NCBI GenBank assembly: GCA_963976855.1
Contig: CAXBMA010000008.1
Location: 1,911 to 65,910, forward strand
Direction: 5' to 3'
DNA: 64,000 bases
Source: an uncultured Aureibaculum sp.
GTDB lineage: Bacteria > Bacteroidota > Bacteroidia > Flavobacteriales > Flavobacteriaceae
How positions within the stretch are numbered: position 1 is the stretch's first letter; each line of letters begins with the position of its first letter. Under the pieces are notes generated by a model. That model saw only the letters and a list, made by a program, of their open reading frames with translations, ran no database searches and had not been told where the DNA came from. Made by a program: the position numbers and the translations under genes. This document shows, one piece after another, positions 58,110-64,000 of this stretch.

Positions 58110-60293
58110 TTAAAACTTTAAGGTTGCACCAATTAAAAAGTTGGTGGTGGCTTGTGGATAATAACCAGTACCTTCAATGGTTGTTGTTTGGTTCGGCGCT
58201 GACCATGTATCATCATAGGTATAATAGTAACCATTTGAACTATATTTTTTTCCAAAAATATTATTTACCAAGCCTGTTAAAACAATCGATTTAAAAATAC
58301 GAGATGTTTTTAGCTCGTAACTTATATTAAAATCATTTACAAAATAACTATCTAGTTTTGAAGCTTTGCTATCGGTATTTCCCATATACTGTTCTCCAAC
58401 ATATTTACTTAAGAAAGCAACTTGTAAGCTTGGTGTAGGTTGAAAAGTAAATGCATTTGAAACAATCAGTTCTGGAGAAAAGGAAATATTCGTTTTTCCA
58501 AGATTTTCTAAATCCCCATCTAATGAAACAATTGTCTCCTTGTTTTTATTTGTACTTAGCGTAATGGCAGGTTGCATCGAAAACCAATTTATGGGCTGTA
58601 TTAGTGCATCAACTTCTAATCCTAGTCTGTAACTATCTCCGCTATTGGTTCTAATTGGGTTTCCAACATTATCAATATTTCCGGTTAGCACTAGTTGCTC
58701 GTTATAATGCATATAATAAAAGTTGGTATTGACACTAACTATTTTTGCACGATGTCTCCACCCTAACTCAAAATCATTCAATTGTTCTGGCTTTACTGTA
58801 GCGTTGTTTTCAAAGTCATCTCTGTTGGGTTCTCTATTGGCTCTAGCGTAAGAAAAGTAGATATTGTTATTGGTATTCAATGTATAGGTAATACCAGCTT
58901 TTGGATTGAAAAAACGATAGTTTTCATCAACATTAAAGGGTGACCTGTCTGAATTTAACCCGGTAACAGTATAGTCAACAAACCGCATTTGTAAATCGCC
59001 AAAAAGGCTTATTTTTTTGTTTATTTTATAAGTTGCCTTCGTAAAAAAACTAAGATCATTTTTTTGTCCGTTTCCATCATAATAATGGTCATTTATTTCA
59101 CTATTACTCGCGTAATTAGCCCATATTATTTCGCCAAAATGGTCGCCATCATAGGTGCTAAATGAACCGCCAGCGGTCATATTTAGTTCATTATTTTTAT
59201 AGTTTAAATTGGCATTGATTACATAAAAATCATTGTCAAGCCAGCGACGTCGAATTAAATCGGTGGTATTAATGGTTTCAGTACCAATTTCAATTTCATC
59301 TAAATCGTAATCTGCAAAATCTTCATCTTCTTTATATTGCTCAAAATAACCTTCACCATGCGTGTAATTTAATCCAATATTGGTAGACCAGCTATTGTCA
59401 AAGCGTTCATTCCAGTGTAACTGATAATGGTTTTGCTTGTAGTTGTCTACTTCATTTTCATAAAACTGTGTAGCGCCTTGGTCGTCTGTATATGCTCCTG
59501 CCGAATTGTATGTTCTATCGTTTTCTAATTTGTCTAAATCCTCCAAACCATTCCAAGATTGATAGGTGATTTCATGACCTCCAAATGTTATGGCTTTAAT
59601 CAAAGTATTATCATCTACATAGGCGCCTTGTAAATAATACGACTTTAAATTTGAGGAAGCTCGATCGATGTAACCATCAGATTTAATTTGAGACAGTCTA
59701 CCTGCAATTTCAATATGATCATTTAGTTTTCCAGTACTGAATTTTACGGTGTTTTTTTGAGTGTTATAGCTCCCAAAAGCAGTTGATATTTCTCCGCTAG
59801 CTTCGTCTGAAATGGCATCGGTAAGTACATTGATGCTTGCACCAAAGGCTCCAGATCCATTCGTTGAGGTTCCTACTCCGCGTTGGAGCTGTAAACTTTC
59901 AACTGATGAAGCAAAATCGCCTAAATTAACCCAAAAAGTACCTAAAGATTCGGCGTCATTATAAGGAATTCCGTTAATCGTAATATTGGTAGATTGTGCA
60001 CTAACACCTCGTACGCGAATACCCGTGTAACCAACTCCCGCACCAGCATCACTTGTGGTTACAACAGAAGGTAAAAAATTCAATAAAATTGGAATGTCCT
60101 GCCCTAGGTTCCGTTTTTGTAATTGTTCTTTTGTCACGTTACTATGTGTAATTGGAGATGTGGCGTTTACACGAACGGCCCGTACAAGTACTTCTTCTAA
60201 GGTTTCAACTTTTGTAGTGTCTTGTTTTTTTTCTTGAGCAAGTACATTGACCGAAAGGACAAATAATGTCAAGAACAGAAATAAATTTTTCAT
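58110..60293 (-). CDS. TonB-dependent receptor, probably for thiamine
   Basis: Signal peptide, LEEVLV, plug VTTSDAG..GIRVRG, QRGVGTS.NG..AFGASIN, C-terminal Phe; lies downstream of a TPP riboswitch. Confidence 0.88.
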   Translation of the reverse strand: MKNLFLFLTLFVLSVNVLAQEKKQDTTKVETLEEVLVRAVRVNATSPITHSNVTKEQLQKRNLGQDIPILLNFLPSVVTTSDAGAGVGYTGIRVRGVSAQSTNITINGIPYNDAESLGTFWVNLGDFASSVESLQLQRGVGTSTNGSGAFGASINVLTDAISDEASGEISTAFGSYNTQKNTVKFSTGKLNDHIEIAGRLSQIKSDGYIDRASSNLKSYYLQGAYVDDNTLIKAITFGGHEITYQSWNGLEDLDKLENDRTYNSAGAYTDDQGATQFYENEVDNYKQNHYQLHWNERFDNSWSTNIGLNYTHGEGYFEQYKEDEDFADYDLDEIEIGTETINTTDLIRRRWLDNDFYVINANLNYKNNELNMTAGGSFSTYDGDHFGEIIWANYASNSEINDHYYDGNGQKNDLSFFTKATYKINKKISLFGDLQMRFVDYTVTGLNSDRSPFNVDENYRFFNPKAGITYTLNTNNNIYFSYARANREPNRDDFENNATVKPEQLNDFELGWRHRAKIVSVNTNFYYMHYNEQLVLTGNIDNVGNPIRTNSGDSYRLGLEVDALIQPINWFSMQPAITLSTNKNKETIVSLDGDLENLGKTNISFSPELIVSNAFTFQPTPSLQVAFLSKYVGEQYMGNTDSKASKLDSYFVNDFNISYELKTSRIFKSIVLTGLVNNIFGKKYSSNGYYYTYDDTWSAPNQTTTIEGTGYYPQATTNFLIGATLKF

Positions 60294-60312
60294 CGATTAA
60301 AATTTTAATCGA
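60293..60312. promoter_or_regulatory. Perfect 20-bp palindrome overlapping the TBDR start codon (possible riboswitch expression platform)
   Basis: TCGATTAAAATTTTAATCGA equals its own reverse complement; includes the A of ATG. Confidence 0.5.
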
Positions 60313-60373
60313 ATAAAAAGAGGTAATTATTCTTTTGTATTAATAATTATGTGTTTCGCCGACTATCGGCTTA

Positions 60374-60456
60374 ATTTTCCTAAACAGCATTACCTGTTCT
60401 AGGTTCAATGGGTATGATCTCAGCCTGTCGATATATCGAGTGGGCACCCCTTTCGA
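60374..60456 (-). ncRNA. TPP riboswitch (THI element)
   Basis: Minus strand GGGGTGCCC...GGCTGAGATCATACCCATTGAACCTAGAACAGGTAATGCTGTTTAGGAA matches the GGGG..CTGAGA..ACCC..GAACCT..CAG.TAAT.CTG..AGG consensus. Confidence 0.93.
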
Positions 60457-60464
60457 GAACGAGG

Positions 60465-60472
60465 CAAATATA
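60465..60472 (-). promoter_or_regulatory. -7 promoter element for the riboswitch-TBDR transcript (TATATTTG)
   Basis: Reverse complement of caaatata, a few nt upstream of the aptamer. Confidence 0.68.
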
Positions 60473-60542
60473 ATTATGAATTATGAGTTTTGAACTATAA
60501 GAATTAAGTTTTTTTGAAAAGGTTGTAAACTACAAATTCACG

Positions 60543-60947
60543 CTACTCTAAATCAGGTTTTTTTCGTGTGTTTTTCTTTTCGGAAAGTTTCTTTTTCGAC
60601 TTTAGACGTTTTTTAATGGCTGTTTTGGTGGGTTTTGTAGCCTTTCTTTTTTTAGGAACATGTAGACCTGCTTTTATGACTTCTAAAAACCTGCTGATTG
60701 CAATTTCTTTATTCTTGTGTTGACTCCTACTTTCGTCACATTGTAATAACAGCACGTTTTCTTTGCTGAGTTTTGTAGCTAATTTTTTAGTGAGTAGTTG
60801 TTTTTGTTCCTCAGTTAATTCGTTAGAAATTTCGAGGTCAAAAGTCAATTCTATTTTTGAAGATACTTTATTAACGTGTTGCCCGCCGGCACCAGAGCTT
60901 CGAATCGCTTTAAAAGAAAGCTCTTTAATAAGGTTTTCTGTATTCAC
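60543..60947 (-). CDS. arfB: Alternative ribosome rescue factor (peptidyl-tRNA hydrolase)
   Basis: RSSGAGGQHVNKVSSK (GGQ), RSQHKNK, basic C-terminal tail; GTG start. Confidence 0.93.
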   Translation of the reverse strand: MNTENLIKELSFKAIRSSGAGGQHVNKVSSKIELTFDLEISNELTEEQKQLLTKKLATKLSKENVLLLQCDESRSQHKNKEIAISRFLEVIKAGLHVPKKRKATKPTKTAIKKRLKSKKKLSEKKNTRKKPDLE

Positions 60948-60949
60948 AA

Positions 60950-61600
60950 TTAATAATTCAAATTAGGATCTGTAGTATGATGTAAAAAATGCAAATCTAA
61001 ATCAACTAATGTGTCAGAAAAACGATCAAGGTTGTTGTGGTCTTTTAATAATTTGTCGATGGCTGCGGTTGCTTCTTTAAGTCTTTTTTGTTTGTCGCCT
61101 TTTAAAACAATATAGGGACGTTTGTGTTTCTTTAGGGCATTTTCAAAAGCATGGAACATTTCTTTACGCTCTTCGGGCTTGTCGCGTAAATCATCTGCTT
61201 CCCAAGGGGTGTCTACATAAGTTAATAGGTATAAATCGTAGGTGTTTTTCTTGGCTGCTTTATCTAATTTAGGGTCCACAAAGCCGCCGTAATATTCTTC
61301 TGAATAAACTTTTGTTTCTAATAAATCGGTATCGCAAATCAATATTTTGTCTGCTTTTTTCGCCAAGGCATTTTCTAATTTCATTTGTCCGATGGCAATC
61401 GGAATCAAATCGGCATTTTCACATGTTTTGCGCTCATTATTCCATTTGTTTTGCAAATATTCCCTAGCGTATTCTGGCGCCCAAACAGTATGATAATGTC
61501 TTGCTAACTGACTGGAAAGTGTTGTTTTACCCGTTGATTCTGGTCCGAACAGTACAACTCTTACGATGTTTGCAGGTTTTTGTCTAAGCTTTTTTTCCAT
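60950..61600 (-). CDS. NadR-type kinase-like P-loop ATPase (AAA_28), paralog A
   Basis: True start probably ATG 61600 (MEKKLRQKP); LFGPESTGKTTL, EYAREY, CDTD, TPWEADDLRD. Confidence 0.85.
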   Translation of the reverse strand: MEKKLRQKPANIVRVVLFGPESTGKTTLSSQLARHYHTVWAPEYAREYLQNKWNNERKTCENADLIPIAIGQMKLENALAKKADKILICDTDLLETKVYSEEYYGGFVDPKLDKAAKKNTYDLYLLTYVDTPWEADDLRDKPEERKEMFHAFENALKKHKRPYIVLKGDKQKRLKEATAAIDKLLKDHNNLDRFSDTLVDLDLHFLHHTTDPNLNY

Positions 61601-62271
61601 GCTATATATCCTTGAAAGGCTAAAATTAAGAAAATTGAGTATTGAATTCCGGTAAAACCGTATCCTTTTATAAAATAAAGCGGAATAGAAACAATATTCC
61701 CCACAATCCACAGTGTCCAGTTTTCTATTTTTTTGTTGGCCATTAACCACATAGCAGCAAAAAAGATGCCCGTTGTAAACGTGTCTAGATAGGGTGTGAT
61801 TTTTCTAAAATTTTCTAAACTCCCTGAGGTCATATTTGTAAAAGCATAATTAATACTTTCTTCAAAATTTAATTGATTGGGCATTACATTGTAATAGCGA
61901 TATACTATAATTACAAATACAGATGTAAATAGAAAGATGCCGAACGTTTTTAATTTATCACTTACCGTTGTTCGCGTTATAGCGATATGTTGTTTGTTAT
62001 TGTCAACCAGTCTACTCCACATGTACCAACCGTATATACTCATTAAGGTATAATACACATTGATAATTAGATCTCCATATAGGTTCCATTGCGACAATAG
62101 ATATACATAGAGAGCGGTACTTATAATCCCTGTTGGAAAAACCAGGATATTCTCTTTTTTTGCATAAAAAACACTGATTACACCAAACAGTGCAGCAGTA
62201 ATCTCCAATAGGATATATAATAACGGAGCATTTCTATAAGGCTCTATAAAAAATTCGAGTAGTTCGTTCAT
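61561..62271 (-). CDS. pnuC: PnuC-family vitamin transporter
   Basis: K.NILVFPTGII, YG.L..N.YY..MS.YGW..W, DTFTT, KKIENWTLWIVGN. Confidence 0.88.
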   Translation of the reverse strand: MNELLEFFIEPYRNAPLLYILLEITAALFGVISVFYAKKENILVFPTGIISTALYVYLLSQWNLYGDLIINVYYTLMSIYGWYMWSRLVDNNKQHIAITRTTVSDKLKTFGIFLFTSVFVIIVYRYYNVMPNQLNFEESINYAFTNMTSGSLENFRKITPYLDTFTTGIFFAAMWLMANKKIENWTLWIVGNIVSIPLYFIKGYGFTGIQYSIFLILAFQGYIAWKKSLDKNLQTS

Positions 62272-62993
62272 TTTTTTAGTTCGTTAAAAAATGAGAGGTC
62301 CTTTTCAAAAGCTGTGCCTATCACCACTAAATCGGCTCCAGCTTTGTAGGCCAGTTCGAGCTGTTCCTTGGTTCGAATACCGCCGCCAACGATAAGCGGA
62401 ATGCTCAATTCTTTTTTTACGGATTCTATAATGGTGGAATTGACGGGGATTTTAGCGCCAGAACCGGCCTCTAAATAAATTAATTTTTTACCTGAATATT
62501 CTCCGGCTAGCGCCGTATGAACTACTAAATCAGTATTGGTTTGATATAGAGGTTGGGTGTTACTAACGCGTTGAACAGCTGTTTCACTACCACCATCAAC
62601 TAAAATATAACCCGTAGGAATAATTTCTAAATCCATTTTTTTTAATAACGGAATGGCTTGCACATGCTGTTCTATTAAATACTCAGGGTTCCTTCCCGAA
62701 ATAAGGGATAAAAAAAGCACACCGTCAGCCTCTGGTGCCAATTGTGTATAATCTCCAGGAAACAATACTATGGGTAGTTTTGTAAATTGTTTTACGCGCT
62801 TAACAATAGCTTTCGTACGATTATTTTTATCAGTACTACCACCTATAAAAATATGTGTAATCACAGAGTTGTTAACCTTGTTGATAAAGGAAGGTAAATT
62901 TTCAATAACAACTTTCTCCGGATCAATTAATAACGCTAACAGTTTATGATTTTCACTGACAGCACTTAAAATGTTTTGATAGATTACTTTCAT
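62268..62993 (-). CDS. Geranylgeranylglyceryl phosphate synthase family protein (group II-like)
   Basis: LIDPEK, FIGGST, LFPG, SLISGRNPEYL, GYILVDGG, YLEAGSG, VGGGIR, VIGTAFE; start moved to ATG 62993. Confidence 0.9.
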   Translation of the reverse strand: MKVIYQNILSAVSENHKLLALLIDPEKVVIENLPSFINKVNNSVITHIFIGGSTDKNNRTKAIVKRVKQFTKLPIVLFPGDYTQLAPEADGVLFLSLISGRNPEYLIEQHVQAIPLLKKMDLEIIPTGYILVDGGSETAVQRVSNTQPLYQTNTDLVVHTALAGEYSGKKLIYLEAGSGAKIPVNSTIIESVKKELSIPLIVGGGIRTKEQLELAYKAGADLVVIGTAFEKDLSFFNELKK

Positions 62994-62994
62994 T

Positions 62995-63624
62995 TTATTG
63001 TAATGCATAGACACAGGTAAACCCTTCAAACTCCAAAAAGTGGATGTTATAAGTAGAATAATTTCCTTTAAAAGTTATTTCACCACTTGTCTGAGCATCG
63101 TCAAAATAGAAATCTTGAATATTAATGTCTTTAATAAAGCTCAAGCCTTCAACTTCATAAATTTTATATAGCGATTCTTTTGCGCCCCAAACAATTGTTA
63201 GTTTTCGCACCAATGCTTCATGATTTGCCAGTGTACGGTATTCTTCAATTGGCGTAAACTTATTGGCAATTTTCGTTATTTTATCACGCTGTTTTTCGAT
63301 ATCGATACCCACGTGCGTACCATCACTGATAATAATTCCCGAAAAATTAAAAGAATGTGTGATTGAAATGTGCTTCCCGTCTTTTAAATGTGGTTTCCCC
63401 AAATTATCGTAATATAAATCATGGTCAACATATCCGGCTTCCGCCAATAAATGGCGTACACTCATAAAACCTCGTTGGTGTAATTCAGACTTCATTTTAT
63501 CAACTCTACTTTGACAATGTGCCGTTAATTTAATTCCTTCTGATAAATCTTCTAGAGGCTCTTCAATCTTCCAAATGAACACCTTAGTGGTTTTATTAAC
63601 TGTTATAGTTTTGTAAAGAGGCAT
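62995..63624 (-). CDS. 4'-phosphopantetheinyl transferase (Sfp-type)
   Basis: GKPHL, ISITHS, VGIDIE, WGAKESLYK. Confidence 0.9.
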   Translation of the reverse strand: MPLYKTITVNKTTKVFIWKIEEPLEDLSEGIKLTAHCQSRVDKMKSELHQRGFMSVRHLLAEAGYVDHDLYYDNLGKPHLKDGKHISITHSFNFSGIIISDGTHVGIDIEKQRDKITKIANKFTPIEEYRTLANHEALVRKLTIVWGAKESLYKIYEVEGLSFIKDINIQDFYFDDAQTSGEITFKGNYSTYNIHFLEFEGFTCVYALQ

Positions 63625-63647
63625 GAGTTTATAAACTTATTATGTAA

Positions 63648-64000
<353 letters not shown>

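Noticed and set aside
60474-60508. Degenerate 7-nt periodic tract (ttatgaa ttatgag ttttgaa ctataag aattaag)
   Set aside because: Too short and degenerate to distinguish from AT-rich intergenic noise
1604-60966. Numerous 60-120 aa ORFs in the six-frame track overlapping longer genes (e.g. 2399-2746, 8399-8734, 20911-21267, 25871-26080, 39271-39513, 58085-58294)
   Set aside because: Antisense or out-of-frame shadows of well-supported genes, with no motifs or independent initiation signals
61601-61750. N-terminal extension of the 266-aa NadR-like ORF
   Set aside because: Lies inside pnuC in another frame; the paralog at 52131 aligns from ATG 61600
62994-63029. N-terminal extension of the GGGPS ORF
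   Set aside because: Overlaps the PPTase 3' end; ATG 62993 directly after the PPTase stop is more plausible

Overview
AT-rich chromosomal segment of a Flavobacteriaceae-like (Bacteroidota) bacterium, judged from TAnnTTTG promoters, gldA, SusC/SusD and conserved flavobacterial gene order. It is mostly densely packed core genome: aspS (partial), RNA-modification genes, an orphan susC-susD pair with a divergent DeoR regulator, and an aromatic amino acid operon (two pheA paralogs, aminotransferase, tyrA, DAHP synthase-chorismate mutase). It also carries LPS/nucleotide-sugar genes, a TPR protein plus beta-barrel pair, and a ~15 kb sulfur-handling/molybdenum-cofactor cluster. The right end holds a TPP-riboswitch-controlled TonB-dependent receptor next to a PPTase-GGGPS-pnuC-NadR-like-arfB run, and ahcY (partial). 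I saw no tRNA, rRNA, CRISPR array, prophage or transposase. The most notable non-ORF-track signals are three. (1) An unannotated 27-aa leader peptide with W..YFYFFYFY and a competing terminator/antiterminator upstream of the phe/tyr/DAHP operon. (2) Two CRP-like palindromic boxes at identical distance from the promoters of the yeeE-moa operon and of the persulfide dioxygenase-rhodanese operon, suggesting a sulfur/Moco regulon. (3) A dispersed family of REP-like repeats. All annotations come from motif recognition by eye; no database searches were run.
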